This document shows, one piece after another, positions 1 to 10,397 of a stretch of 64,000 nucleotides of DNA. Below the pieces are notes generated by a model. It did no database searches, was not told where the DNA came from, and saw only the letters and a program-made list of their open reading frames with translations. This DNA is from an uncultured cyanobacterium (GTDB lineage Bacteria > Cyanobacteriota > Cyanobacteriia > Cyanobacteriales > Cyanobacteriaceae). Each line of letters starts with the position of its first letter. Position 1 is the stretch's first letter. The stretch spans positions 384,001 to 448,000 of the forward strand of contig CAVVOP010000022.1 of NCBI GenBank assembly GCA_963749915.1. The letters are read 5' to 3'. A program made the translations under genes and the position numbers.

Positions 1-873
1 ACTCACATATCTTACAAATAACATTGCCAAGATAAATTGAAATTTTTGTTTAGGGATAATTAAGCGTTCATCAGACCATATTTGGAAAAAACTGCGGAAA
101 GGTGGAGTCAAGGCTAAAACCAAATCTTTTGTGAGAAACTTTAGTTTATCCTGGAAGGATGCTCCCACTTTCCGACGATCATGAAGTCCACCGTTAATGC
201 GGGTAACTCTTTTATAAAGTTGACTCCAAGAATACCTAGCTGGATGTTTTATGCAAGCACCTTCAGCATAAGCCTGTTGATAACCAGCCTCAAATACCCG
301 ATTTCCCCATTCCTTATCCCCGCCTGATTTGAGATTGGTGTTAAAAGTCCCAATTTTATCAACAACACTTCGATAGGTAAAAAGGTTAGCGGTTACCCCA
401 AAATGTTCAGTTTCTAAAAGTCTATCTTGAGGAAAATCTAACTCAATGCTTTCATAAACTTCAACGGTGGTAAGTTGTTTGGCATCCTTAAAAAATAGTT
501 CTATTTTACCAGCCACAAGACCGCAATTAGACGTACTCAATAGCTTATCAACCCCTGCTTCAATCCAACTAGGTTCAGGAAGACAATCAGCATCAGTGAA
601 AGCAAGAATTTCACCTTTAGCATGATCTATGCCCTTGTTACGGGCGGCGTAGGAACCAGGAGTTTCTTCAACATATATGGAAACGTTACAACCTGAGAAA
701 ACTATGTCCTTAAGATCTTCATCTGAACCATTATCAACAACAATGATTTCATATAATTCTGGCCAATAGCTTTGCTTACTGAGAGCTTCTAAACAAAGCT
801 CAAGCCTAGCTTTGTCATTGTAGACAGGGATTATAACTGATACAAATGGTTTTTTTGGGTTATCATTATTCAT
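1..873 (-). CDS. Glycosyltransferase family 2 (runs off the left edge of the window)
   Basis: Not in ORF track; manual translation from ATG at 873 gives MNNDNPKKPFVSVIIPVYND...EIIVVDNGS...GSYAARNKG...ILAFTDADC, the GT2 signature, open to position 1. Confidence 0.9.
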   Translation of the reverse strand, partial: MNNDNPKKPFVSVIIPVYNDKARLELCLEALSKQSYWPELYEIIVVDNGSDEDLKDIVFSGCNVSIYVEETPGSYAARNKGIDHAKGEILAFTDADCLPEPSWIEAGVDKLLSTSNCGLVAGKIELFFKDAKQLTTVEVYESIELDFPQDRLLETEHFGVTANLFTYRSVVDKIGTFNTNLKSGGDKEWGNRVFEAGYQQAYAEGACIKHPARYSWSQLYKRVTRINGGLHDRRKVGASFQDKLKFLTKDLVLALTPPFRSFFQIWSDERLIIPKQKFQFILAMLFVRYVS

Positions 874-966
874 ACAGTATAGTTACAATTAAATATAGTT
901 TTCAATTAGATTTGTAAGCGAACTACCCCCGACAAATCCTCAGCTTTTAAGAACAGGACTAAATTT

Positions 967-1794
967 TTAAAAGGCGATCGCAAAATCTGTCAAGACTTTC
1001 TCATAAAAATGTTTTTGCTCTTTACTAAGAACTTTTTTTTGCCAATTTCTCACACTAGTAGATTGGATCGTAAGCAGCCGGTTTTCTAACTCTGGCGAAG
1101 GCGACAAAGCAAGGAAATCGAGAATTTCATAGATTTTCTGTTGTGGAGCTTGACAGATTTCCTCGTAGTTAACTTCAAGATATCTTTGCGATGGGTGTGC
1201 TTTTCTGGTTGCCGTAACATAGACAGCCCAACGGAGAACGCCCCTCTTCCACAGACCTAAATGGGGCCATTGATCTTGATAGGCTTTAGGAAGAAGATCA
1301 AACCAAAATACTTCCACTTCTTCGTTTAGTTCCCGTGAAATCCAGCGATGTCCCAACATTGAGAAGGCAACATCACGACCATCTCTAACAATATGAATTA
1401 TACTTGCATCAGAAAAATAGCCTAACAAAGAATCTGCTATCAAGCTATGTCCTGGAGTTTTCTCAAGCAATCTTTGTTCTTTTCTCACGCCACTTAGTCT
1501 CACCAAGGTTGTTTCTAAATCGAGCAATTCATGTGGAATAGTGTCTGGGGACTTAACCATCCTCCACATTTTATGGCGAACAATGGGTTTTTCCCCAAAG
1601 TCAACAGTTTCAGGCAACGACGCGAGGATATTCACTAGCATCGTTGTTCCGGAGCGACTACTGCCAACAACAAAAATTGGTTGCTTTAGCTTGGTCCGAA
1701 TAGGCCAAGGTATATTTTTTCGTAAATGAGACTTTAGCAGTGATTTCTGCAAGCCAAAACTCAATCCCTGTAATTCTTGTAATACATTCAGCAT
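967..1794 (-). CDS. Sulfotransferase (Sulfotransfer_3-like)
   Basis: PIFVVGSSRSGTT (5'-PSB), LLEKTP, IHIVRDGRDVAFS (3'-PB), YEEI. Confidence 0.9.
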   Translation of the reverse strand: MLNVLQELQGLSFGLQKSLLKSHLRKNIPWPIRTKLKQPIFVVGSSRSGTTMLVNILASLPETVDFGEKPIVRHKMWRMVKSPDTIPHELLDLETTLVRLSGVRKEQRLLEKTPGHSLIADSLLGYFSDASIIHIVRDGRDVAFSMLGHRWISRELNEEVEVFWFDLLPKAYQDQWPHLGLWKRGVLRWAVYVTATRKAHPSQRYLEVNYEEICQAPQQKIYEILDFLALSPSPELENRLLTIQSTSVRNWQKKVLSKEQKHFYEKVLTDFAIAF

Positions 1795-1896
1795 AATTTC
1801 TAAGTTTCTTGTCTGATTTTTCCCTGGATTTATGTGGACTATAAATTAATGTCAATTAACTACTTCCTGCGTAACATCAGTTACATAATAGCAAAA

Positions 1897-2775
1897 TCAA
1901 TTATGCCTCAAAAGGCGATCGCGAATGTTTGAAGGAGCAAAATTCTTAACTGCGTAGTTGTAAACTTCCAGATCCGGCTCACAAATTTCTTCAATTTTTT
2001 TCTTCATCGATTCAGTAATATCTACTTGGACTTTGTCATTCTTGGGACGTTGATTGAGGTAACTTATGCTCAATCGTCTGCCAAAATGTTGACTAAACTC
2101 AGATTCAAAAGCCTCCATGTCTTCTAAGAAGCCAACTATGCGAAACCTGTGTAAGTTTTCTTTGGCAGTATCAACAACTTCTGAAGTCATGAAGTCGCCT
2201 TTCTCTGCTGGGCATCCCAAAAATTTGGCATATTCATATCCTTGGGATTTACCAAAATCAGACTCTACATACTCTTCAAAATCCATATCTAATCGGCGAT
2301 ATTGTTCAGGGTTTCTATATCTATTGAAAAGATAGCTTGACAACCATCGCTTGACTGGATTGCGCAAAATTGTTAAGTAGGAATACCTATCACCAAAACT
2401 TTTATAGGCCCTTTCACTAAATCTAAAATGACCACCGATGTAAGCGATATGTTCTTGAGACATGTAGTAAATAAGCAGTTCTTCACGAAGATTCATAACT
2501 GCCTGATCGTCCACTGTATCCGGAGGCAATGTTAAATCATTCAGGACTTGTGCCGTTTCCCAGGATGCGGGATGATTAAGGGAAAAGAAATTGGCAGTAT
2601 CCCCTAATGTCCACTTGTGGTAGCAAGCTTGAAGTGCCTTATTTATCGAAGTCCCACCACACTTTGGAATATGAAGGTAGAATATTCTGTCCTTTAGACA
2701 CCCACGAAAAAGATTGGCTGTTCGTTCTAAGGATAAGGAAGAAAAAAAAGAAAGTTTTTCAGAAATATTATTCAT
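1897..2775 (-). CDS. Sulfotransferase family 2-like
   Basis: FYLHIPKCGGTS and TILRNPVKRWLSSY motifs; C-terminal DLEVYNYA. Confidence 0.85.
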   Translation of the reverse strand: MNNISEKLSFFSSLSLERTANLFRGCLKDRIFYLHIPKCGGTSINKALQACYHKWTLGDTANFFSLNHPASWETAQVLNDLTLPPDTVDDQAVMNLREELLIYYMSQEHIAYIGGHFRFSERAYKSFGDRYSYLTILRNPVKRWLSSYLFNRYRNPEQYRRLDMDFEEYVESDFGKSQGYEYAKFLGCPAEKGDFMTSEVVDTAKENLHRFRIVGFLEDMEAFESEFSQHFGRRLSISYLNQRPKNDKVQVDITESMKKKIEEICEPDLEVYNYAVKNFAPSNIRDRLLRHN

Positions 2776-2795
2776 GGTGATTAATAGTAGTAATC

Positions 2796-3863
2796 TTAGA
2801 CATAAATTGTATTATAAACCCTAAAAGTTTGTTCGGCTATTCCTGACCATGCTAGTTTTTGGGCCAATTGTAGGTTATGCTCACCCATTTGTAATAACTC
2901 ATGTTTCTGAGTAACGGCCTTTTTTATAGCTTCCCCTAAGCCTTCTTGATTCTCCCCATCGTATAAAAATGACCCCATATCATCCAGCAGTTCGCCAATA
3001 CAGCCCTTACGGGGTGCAATACAAGCTTTAGCAAATGACATGGCCAAAATAATTGCCCCTGAAGTCAAAATATCTCGATATGGGAAGATAACTGCATCAC
3101 AGGCATTCATATAAATTTGAATTTGTTCATCAGGAATAAAATCGGGTATAAATTCAATATTTTTGGCCCCAGATATTTGTTTCTTGATGGAATTTTTCAT
3201 GGCCTCATCTACAGGTTTACCAGCTATGATCAATTGAGTCTCTGGTATATTTAGATCGGTAAATGATTCAATTAACTCAAAGACTCCCTTGTAAGGACGA
3301 ACCTTGCCCAAAAAAAGTATCACCAGCTTGTCATTATCAACCTTTAAACGGTGCCTTGCCTGTAAACGGTCTATCTTATTTTCATAGCAATCAAGATAAT
3401 GACCGTGGGGGATCACAAAAACTTTATCTTTGCTATTACGAAGACCTAGATTTTCAATAACGGCATCTTTTGCCACCTCACAGTGGGCGATAATACCATC
3501 GGCGAGTTTAGCAACTATCAAGTTACACATCTTATCTAGCTTGGGGTACGGGTTCTCATGATCTTTTAAGTTGTGAACAGTCCAAACAATTTTAATTGCG
3601 AATAACTTCAGAGTAACTAACTTTAGAACAAACAAAATTAGAGCCAGAAAAGATTTAAAACCATTATCTTTAATAAAAAAGAATGAAGGCCAATGAATAT
3701 GCAGGATGTCAGGTTTATGTTTGCTTATTAAGTGGTAAAGGTCAGCGTTGCTAAAATCAGTTCCCTCAACTTCACATCCCCATGGCTGTAAATTATCGGC
3801 TAATTGTCTTTGATAAGGATTGCGAGCAAATTGAGGGGTGAAAAAAACTCTTAAGCTACTCAT
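2796..3863 (-). CDS. Glycosyltransferase family 4
   Basis: ILHIHW, VWTVHN, FLGKVRPYKG, PYRDILTSGAIILAMSF. Confidence 0.9.
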   Translation of the reverse strand: MSSLRVFFTPQFARNPYQRQLADNLQPWGCEVEGTDFSNADLYHLISKHKPDILHIHWPSFFFIKDNGFKSFLALILFVLKLVTLKLFAIKIVWTVHNLKDHENPYPKLDKMCNLIVAKLADGIIAHCEVAKDAVIENLGLRNSKDKVFVIPHGHYLDCYENKIDRLQARHRLKVDNDKLVILFLGKVRPYKGVFELIESFTDLNIPETQLIIAGKPVDEAMKNSIKKQISGAKNIEFIPDFIPDEQIQIYMNACDAVIFPYRDILTSGAIILAMSFAKACIAPRKGCIGELLDDMGSFLYDGENQEGLGEAIKKAVTQKHELLQMGEHNLQLAQKLAWSGIAEQTFRVYNTIYV

Positions 3864-4744
3864 GGTGTCACCTCATTGACTAATTCACTGGGTAAATCCA
3901 CTAATTTGTCTAGTGTCTGCCAATCAAACTCTGCCAGCCTTTCAGTGATATATTCCCTCTGACTAGCACCAAAAACTTTTTGAAACTTACCATGGTTCCT
4001 ACTTTGAATTCCACTGTCCACAGATGCCTTCCAATACTCATTTTTTAAGCTGACTTGTTTGGCTGTTGTGCCATATTTTTCCAACATTTGCTCTTCAAAG
4101 GGAACACCTATGAAATGGCCAAGATCTTTAATTACCGAATTGGTGTAATTTACTAAATGCTCATATCTCACTAACTTGTGATTGGATTTATGACCATGGC
4201 TAAGGCTAATTTCTGCATCTTCTTTCCACCGATTTATACACTCATCAATATCCCGCGGGCCACCCCATAGTGATGGATGTTGCTGAGTTACCTCATACAT
4301 AGAAGCCACCACATCTTCCCCCCTGCGGATAATGTGGATGAACTTTGCTTCTGGTAAGTATGTCTCAATACAATTAATATGGTGTAAATGTCTCGGTGTT
4401 TTTTCCAGCCAGAAATATTTTCCTTGCTGGGTAGTTAAGGTATCAAGGATTTTCACAAAGGCACGCACATAGGGAGCCTTGAAAAATGCCAGTTTAGGGA
4501 TGTGATGCTGCATTTGTTCCTGTTCTAGTTCCTGAAGAAATTCTACCAGCCTTATTCTCGCTTCACCAGAAACCAGTCCTAGTTTACGTCGCCAGGGACT
4601 TCGATTAGCAGTTAAGTGCCAAAAGAAATGAGACTCGGGGAAAGAGGCAATTTGAGAGTGCGCTGCTAGGATACTCTGTAATAATGTTGTTCCAGAGCGA
4701 GGACAACCTACAAGGAAGATGGCATTATTTGTCAAAACTGTCAT
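3860..4744 (-). CDS. Sulfotransferase
   Basis: IFLVGCPRSGTTLL, FPESHFF, WLEKTP, HIIRRGEDVVASM; 4-nt overlap with downstream GT4. Confidence 0.9.
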   Translation of the reverse strand: MTVLTNNAIFLVGCPRSGTTLLQSILAAHSQIASFPESHFFWHLTANRSPWRRKLGLVSGEARIRLVEFLQELEQEQMQHHIPKLAFFKAPYVRAFVKILDTLTTQQGKYFWLEKTPRHLHHINCIETYLPEAKFIHIIRRGEDVVASMYEVTQQHPSLWGGPRDIDECINRWKEDAEISLSHGHKSNHKLVRYEHLVNYTNSVIKDLGHFIGVPFEEQMLEKYGTTAKQVSLKNEYWKASVDSGIQSRNHGKFQKVFGASQREYITERLAEFDWQTLDKLVDLPSELVNEVTP

Positions 4745-5681
4745 GCTTAACTCCTAGACTAAGATAACCTAATTTGTCCAATAAATCCCCCGCTTCCAGC
4801 TCAATTTCCCGCAGTTGTCCATCGGACAATTCTCTTTTCCAATTCCCCACTGAATTTGGATTAACCTTGGCTACAGCTTGATGAAATAAGTTGCCTGAAT
4901 TGGCATTGTCGATTTCCAAAAAAGCTAGTAAGCGATCAGCTTCACCGGCAGGATTACTGACTAAATCTTCATATTTCACTTCACAATACCTATTCCCAGG
5001 CAATGCCGATGTACTTTCTAAGGCACTTTCAGTAAAACGCCGCCATGCCCAGATACAGCGATGAATATCACTGGTTGTTTCAAACTTTTCAACTAAATCA
5101 GACTCCACCCAAAAGCGGGCATAGGGGCCGTAAGGATAGCCACCCGGTTCAGCTTTGCCTGATTTAGCTTGTGCCGCCTGTAACCACGGCTTCTTGCTAT
5201 AGGACAAGGCAGCATCTCTGCCATCCCTAATAATATGAATAAACTGGGAATCAGGAAAGGATTGAGATAAAAAGTTGACTAAAAAGCAATTGCGTGGTGT
5301 TTTTTCGGCAAACCGTAAGTCCCCATCTAAATGCTGTCTTAATAGCCAAGAATAAATTGTTTCATATACGCGTTTACTTTTATCTAGATCCCACAATCCT
5401 TCATAAACGTGTCGGGCAGCAAACTTTGTCCCCACCGGCTCAAAGTGATAGGAAACTTCTGGTAAAACTGATAAGCATGAACCTAGAAAAGTAGTACCAG
5501 AACGGGGTGCACCGATGATAAAAATTGCCTTGCGAAGATTCGGTTTCAACAGACAAAGTAATCGCTTGGCCGAGATTGGTCGCTCCTTTTTTTTGTAGGT
5601 GTGTTTATCAGCTTTTGCTGATCTAAGTACCAAATTAAAAGACTCGACGAGATCAAATGAACTTTTTAGTTGAGTTGGCAT
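4725..5681 (-). CDS. Sulfotransferase
   Basis: IFIIGAPRSGTTFL, FAEKTP, HIIRDGRDAALS, YEDLV, SVGNWK. Confidence 0.9.
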   Translation of the reverse strand: MPTQLKSSFDLVESFNLVLRSAKADKHTYKKKERPISAKRLLCLLKPNLRKAIFIIGAPRSGTTFLGSCLSVLPEVSYHFEPVGTKFAARHVYEGLWDLDKSKRVYETIYSWLLRQHLDGDLRFAEKTPRNCFLVNFLSQSFPDSQFIHIIRDGRDAALSYSKKPWLQAAQAKSGKAEPGGYPYGPYARFWVESDLVEKFETTSDIHRCIWAWRRFTESALESTSALPGNRYCEVKYEDLVSNPAGEADRLLAFLEIDNANSGNLFHQAVAKVNPNSVGNWKRELSDGQLREIELEAGDLLDKLGYLSLGVKHDSFDK

Positions 5682-5731
5682 AATATTACTTTTAGATAAA
5701 CCTTTAAATTCTTATCCTTGTAGTATGAATA

Positions 5732-6415
5732 TTAAAATTCATAGCCATATTTTGTAAGCTCTTCACGGAAGACATACTCGACAATTTTTCTGGATTTTTC
5801 GCTATAGTACTGGCGATAGGAAAATTGCTTTTCAGCTGTTTTATTAAACACCGGAATTGATACCTTTTTACTAATACCAATACGATCCTGTATAGCTTGA
5901 AAATCACTTTGAAGATTCTCAAACTTCATAATAGCATCAACTCCTTTTGTATACTTGCCATAAATTGTTTTTCTGCCACCACCTAAAATACGCTCCTTGT
6001 AACCGGGCTTATATTTTTGAATAACCCATTCATCGAAGGAATGATTTGTACAAAACTCCATATCCTTAACATAGTTCGGAAGTTTATAAACCCATGAGTT
6101 GGGTTCTGATAATAGGGGTTGATAGGTTTGCCTCAACTTTATATATAAAGAAACAAGACTATCGAAGGGATTCCTCACGGTCACAAATTTAAATAGGGAG
6201 TCAGCCTTACTGGGACTCAAAACATTACCACTAAGCAATTTTTCTAAAGTAGTATGTTTCTGTGGAATTCGCTTTTCAGGAATGTCATCATTGATAGTTT
6301 CCTCTGGCAACCATTCACCATTCAACTCTTCCAGTAAAACTTTTCCTGTAGCAGTACACGCAGTTCTCGGTGCCATGATAAATAATAAATTATATGAATG
6401 ACAAATTATAGCCAT
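5732..6415 (-). CDS. Sulfotransferase family 2-like, first gene of the operon
   Basis: LFIMAPRTACTA (variant of PKTAGTS), FKFVTVRNPFDSLVSLY, KFENL, YRQYY...YGYEF tail. Confidence 0.8.
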   Translation of the reverse strand: MAIICHSYNLLFIMAPRTACTATGKVLLEELNGEWLPEETINDDIPEKRIPQKHTTLEKLLSGNVLSPSKADSLFKFVTVRNPFDSLVSLYIKLRQTYQPLLSEPNSWVYKLPNYVKDMEFCTNHSFDEWVIQKYKPGYKERILGGGRKTIYGKYTKGVDAIMKFENLQSDFQAIQDRIGISKKVSIPVFNKTAEKQFSYRQYYSEKSRKIVEYVFREELTKYGYEF

Positions 6416-6498
6416 GTAAAATCATACTCCATTTATTTTTTTGTTTTTGGTACTCAAAAATATTTGAACCATCTTTACATTCTAAGTATTCTTCCTTA

Positions 6499-6600
6499 AA
6501 TGTAGATTTTTTTTGGAAAAAAAACTCGTTTTTTTTGGTATTTAATACAATCTTCACAAATGCCCAAACTTGACAAAATCTTTATATAAAGATTTTGTGA
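6499..6600 (-). promoter_or_regulatory. Shared glycan-gene promoter motif, copy 1 (upstream of sulfotransferase operon)
   Basis: Minus strand ATAAAGATTTTGTCAA (6585-6570), degenerate repeat 28 bp downstream, A-tracts, TACATT -10-like at 6504-6499; aligns with 18885-18996 and 52921-53031. Confidence 0.6.
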
Positions 6601-6626
6601 TATTTAACGAAGAACAGAAAATCTTC

Positions 6627-9600
6627 CTATTCTGTGTAAGTATTCGTCAAGAACGCCTCAATGCCAGCAAAGTTAACAGGAAGACCTGCTACCGTTGTTA
6701 AGTCAAGGTCCAGTGCCCCGTCCGTTACAGTAACGCCATTTAATGTAGCAGTTACCGCCGTTTTAGGTGCCGCATTAGCTCCTAACGCCACATACATGTC
6801 AAAATCGTCTAGTTTAAGCTCATTTTCAGCAAACACATCAAAAACACGGGTACCAACTTCCGCCGTGCTTCTTGGTTCCATCATGTGGAGAACCACATCA
6901 TAGGTGCCATTGACTAAGGGAATGTCGTAGGAAATATTTGTGCCATAACGCTTAGCGTAGAAGAGCTCATCATTATCTGTGTTGGCAATCCCTTGAACTT
7001 GATAATGGGTTGTGCCACCCTGGAAGCCATAGTCAGCAGACCAGACATTGCCATAAATATCCGTAAAGCCGTTCCCACCAACATCAATGCGAATTGTGCT
7101 ATCCCCTAGAGGAGCCGAACTCACCATCACTTCCACTTCAGATGTATCTGTGTCACCATTGATGTCGGTGAGGGTGTAGGAGAAGGTGTCTGTACCACTA
7201 AAATCCTGGGCAGGAGTGTAGCGAATAACATCATCAGTGGGATCGGTTGTGTCCCGGTCATCAATGGTGATATTACCACCATTATTGCTGGTGGTATTTG
7301 CACTCAACAATGCTAAACCATCACCAAAGCTAGTGTCGTTAGCCAGTACATCAATCTGATTACTGTTACTATTGTCAATAACCGTAACACTGTCTGAAAT
7401 TGCCGTCGGCATTGAATCAACCGAGAAAATTTCAATGCCTGCAAAGTTGACAGGGCGGCCTGCAACTTTAGAGAAGTCAAGGTCAAGAACACCATCAACG
7501 ACTGCTACATTGGAAATAATAGTGGTTACTGCTGTTTTCGGAGCCGCTTGAGTATTTAGGGCCACATACATATCAAAGTCATCCAGTCGCAGCTCATTTT
7601 CAGCATAGACATCGAAAACACGACTACCAACGATGGCACCGACATTTGGCTCCATCATGTGTAGAACTACGTTGTAGATGCCATTGCTCAAGTCAATATC
7701 ATAGGAGATATTGTCCCCATAGCGCCTCCCATAAAAGATTTCATCGTTGTTTGTATTAGCAATTTCTTGAACTCGGTAATAAGTTTCACCACCCTGAAAA
7801 CCATAATCCGCCGCCCACACATCGCCGTTGACTCCCGTAAAGCCGTTACCACCAACGTCAATGCGAATCGGGGGATGGACACTATTAAGGGTTATTAACC
7901 CACCATCTGAGGCAGTTATCTCCGAAGGAGCCAAGGTACCGACAGTATTATCCAGGCTGCCCGGGGCAATAATAGTACCGACATTTTTATAAAAGAGCTG
8001 GGAATCTTGATAGAAGAGCTCAAAATCTGACGAGGTAATCAAATTTTCCACGGGGGTGTTTGTTTGATAGCTCCAGGTTTCTCTGGGGGATAATAGACCA
8101 TCACCACCAACGTCGCTGGTGACATCCAAGTCGGGATTTCCCGAGCCATAGTCGGTGACAGTCACATCATTTGTATTGAAGTTTGTAGTACCATTATTGG
8201 TAACCTCATAGGTCCAGATTACTATTTCTCCAGGTCTCACTTGAACAGCGGCATCCCGATTATTCGTCTCGACTCCATTAACCAAAGTTTTGAGGTTTAG
8301 TACAGCAACGCTAATGGGGAAAGGACGTTCTGCCCCCAGTTCATAGGCTCCAATGTCTGGAGCTTCTCCTAGGAATGGTAAGCCGACTTCTGCACCGCGA
8401 TCAACCATCAGACTATCCGCCGTTGCTGGTGCGTAAAATGGCCAGGGGCGATCGCCATTTCCCCTGAATCCAGGTTCTACATCAAGATAATTTCCCCCCG
8501 GTACGTTAGTTACGTTAACAACAATATTATCTGTCGCCGTAATCTTATCACCCATACTAGTCCAAAATAAATTTCTAGGTTGGCTCTGTGGGGCAATAAA
8601 GATATTATTTCGAGCAACCCAATTATTGAGACTATCCCGGTTAGGGGCACTCAAGATGGCTCCTGGTCGGCTACCAGTATCGGCCAAAGTCACCGTATTA
8701 TTATAAACAGAAATCTCTTCAGCAAGTCCCCGGCCGATCCAAACCAGACCCCTATCGACATTCTCAATGACATTATGGTGGAGCCAAACAGGTCCGTTGT
8801 TAATTCCCCCATGCTGAGTGTAGACATTTCCCCCCGTTTCGTCAATGTGAACATAGTTATGGCTGAATCGCAGATGGTTTCTTGGCCCCTCAATAGTGTG
8901 GCTATCTGTTAAGAGATTATCATGAATCCAGAATGAGTAGTCATAACCTCTTTTACTGGGATCTGCTCCCTGTCCAACCTTAGGAATTGAGATGGTTTGA
9001 TTGATAAAGTTGTGGTCAATTTCGACACCATACTCGTTCTCATGGGCTGATTCAATAGCGAATCCAAAAGGAAGGTTGAAGATGTTATGATGAATTCGCA
9101 CATTCTCGTGACCGCCGCCTTTATAGCCAAAACCAGCTCCTTTTGTCTTAACAATATTATTGTGGTGAATTTCAGAGTGTTCAATCCAACGGGTGGTAAT
9201 AAGGCCGTTATTGTAGCCAAAATTCTCATAACTGGCGTTTTCTATGGAGTTATTGTAAATATCTAGCCCACTCGATAACTGAAGATGCAAACCCGCCCAA
9301 CGAAAGTCTCTGACTGTTAGGTCGTGAATAGATATATCTTCTGATCCACTAACATGAACGGCTCCGGTAATCTGGTGCCGGGACTCAGAACTCAACACCA
9401 GATCGCGGATGATGATATTATTGGCATTGTCAATGGCGATCAGATATTCACTTCGAACATCACTTGCTTGAAGCGGGTTCTCCGATAATTGCCAGTCCGT
9501 TGAGGCAATGATCTGAGTCCTATTGTCTCCTTGACGACCCATACCAGCAATGGTGACACCACTTTTAGGGCGAGCTGTCTCTGTTGCCACAAAGGTTCCA

Positions 9601-10295
9601 GCCCCAAGCTGGATCGTGTTAACACCCTCAGGCACCCTTTCACTGGCATAGGCAAGGGAGTTCCAAGCTGTTTCCCAAGATAAGCCGTCTCTATCTTCTG
9701 AATCTACACCAGTGGTGGAAACAAAATAGGTTGTACCCACCTCACCCACATTCTGTTCAATTTGAATGCTTTGACCATCCAAGTTAATATTGGCTGAATC
9801 ATTTTCCACTGTGACCCTTTGCCATTCAGCTTCACTGAAGGATTCACCACGTGCCAGTGCGGAGAAAATCTCACCCTCATCACCAAAAGTGTCTGAACCA
9901 TTAAGCCAAGCATCGACTCGGTGACCAGCTTCCTCCAGAAGAAGTCCTGTAATTGTTTCCACATTGTTAGCATTTGCTACCAAAAATTCGGATGATAGAT
10001 AAATTGTGTCTGTCTCCTGTGCGTAGGCTCCGAGGGAACCTTGGAGATCAGCACCAGAGATTATCCTGATATTAGCAAAAACACTAAAATTCTCAGTTAA
10101 CCAGTCATTCCGAACCTCACTTACATCAATATTTTCACCAAATGCCAATTTCATTTTGGTGACAAATTCTATATCAGAAGCAAACAAAGTTAACTGTTCT
10201 TGTGCTTGCAATAGGGCCTGGTTTAGGGAAGGTAGAACTTCTTGGTCTGTACCGATGAGTAAGTTATTCTCTATAATACTCAAGAATTCACTCAT
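6627..10295 (-). CDS. Large surface/secreted protein: N-terminal EExGH domain, right-handed beta-helix, Ig-like domain, malectin, Ig/cadherin-like, malectin
   Basis: LLEEAGHRVD...GDEGEIFS; IHHN/NNTV beta-helix rungs ending APDIGAYE; two IRIDVGG...W.ADYGF...RVFDV..E...LDDFD malectin domains; IDVLAND...YTP..F.GTDTFSYT module. Confidence 0.85.
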   Translation of the reverse strand: MSEFLSIIENNLLIGTDQEVLPSLNQALLQAQEQLTLFASDIEFVTKMKLAFGENIDVSEVRNDWLTENFSVFANIRIISGADLQGSLGAYAQETDTIYLSSEFLVANANNVETITGLLLEEAGHRVDAWLNGSDTFGDEGEIFSALARGESFSEAEWQRVTVENDSANINLDGQSIQIEQNVGEVGTTYFVSTTGVDSEDRDGLSWETAWNSLAYASERVPEGVNTIQLGAGTFVATETARPKSGVTIAGMGRQGDNRTQIIASTDWQLSENPLQASDVRSEYLIAIDNANNIIIRDLVLSSESRHQITGAVHVSGSEDISIHDLTVRDFRWAGLHLQLSSGLDIYNNSIENASYENFGYNNGLITTRWIEHSEIHHNNIVKTKGAGFGYKGGGHENVRIHHNIFNLPFGFAIESAHENEYGVEIDHNFINQTISIPKVGQGADPSKRGYDYSFWIHDNLLTDSHTIEGPRNHLRFSHNYVHIDETGGNVYTQHGGINNGPVWLHHNVIENVDRGLVWIGRGLAEEISVYNNTVTLADTGSRPGAILSAPNRDSLNNWVARNNIFIAPQSQPRNLFWTSMGDKITATDNIVVNVTNVPGGNYLDVEPGFRGNGDRPWPFYAPATADSLMVDRGAEVGLPFLGEAPDIGAYELGAERPFPISVAVLNLKTLVNGVETNNRDAAVQVRPGEIVIWTYEVTNNGTTNFNTNDVTVTDYGSGNPDLDVTSDVGGDGLLSPRETWSYQTNTPVENLITSSDFELFYQDSQLFYKNVGTIIAPGSLDNTVGTLAPSEITASDGGLITLNSVHPPIRIDVGGNGFTGVNGDVWAADYGFQGGETYYRVQEIANTNNDEIFYGRRYGDNISYDIDLSNGIYNVVLHMMEPNVGAIVGSRVFDVYAENELRLDDFDMYVALNTQAAPKTAVTTIISNVAVVDGVLDLDFSKVAGRPVNFAGIEIFSVDSMPTAISDSVTVIDNSNSNQIDVLANDTSFGDGLALLSANTTSNNGGNITIDDRDTTDPTDDVIRYTPAQDFSGTDTFSYTLTDINGDTDTSEVEVMVSSAPLGDSTIRIDVGGNGFTDIYGNVWSADYGFQGGTTHYQVQGIANTDNDELFYAKRYGTNISYDIPLVNGTYDVVLHMMEPRSTAEVGTRVFDVFAENELKLDDFDMYVALGANAAPKTAVTATLNGVTVTDGALDLDLTTVAGLPVNFAGIEAFLTNTYTE

Positions 10296-10397
10296 AATAC
10301 TTATTTGTCCTTATCAATCACTATAGACTTTGAAATTCTTTCAATTATAACTTTCTTTCTCGTTGATGATTGATGTCAAGAAGAACAAAAAACCTTG

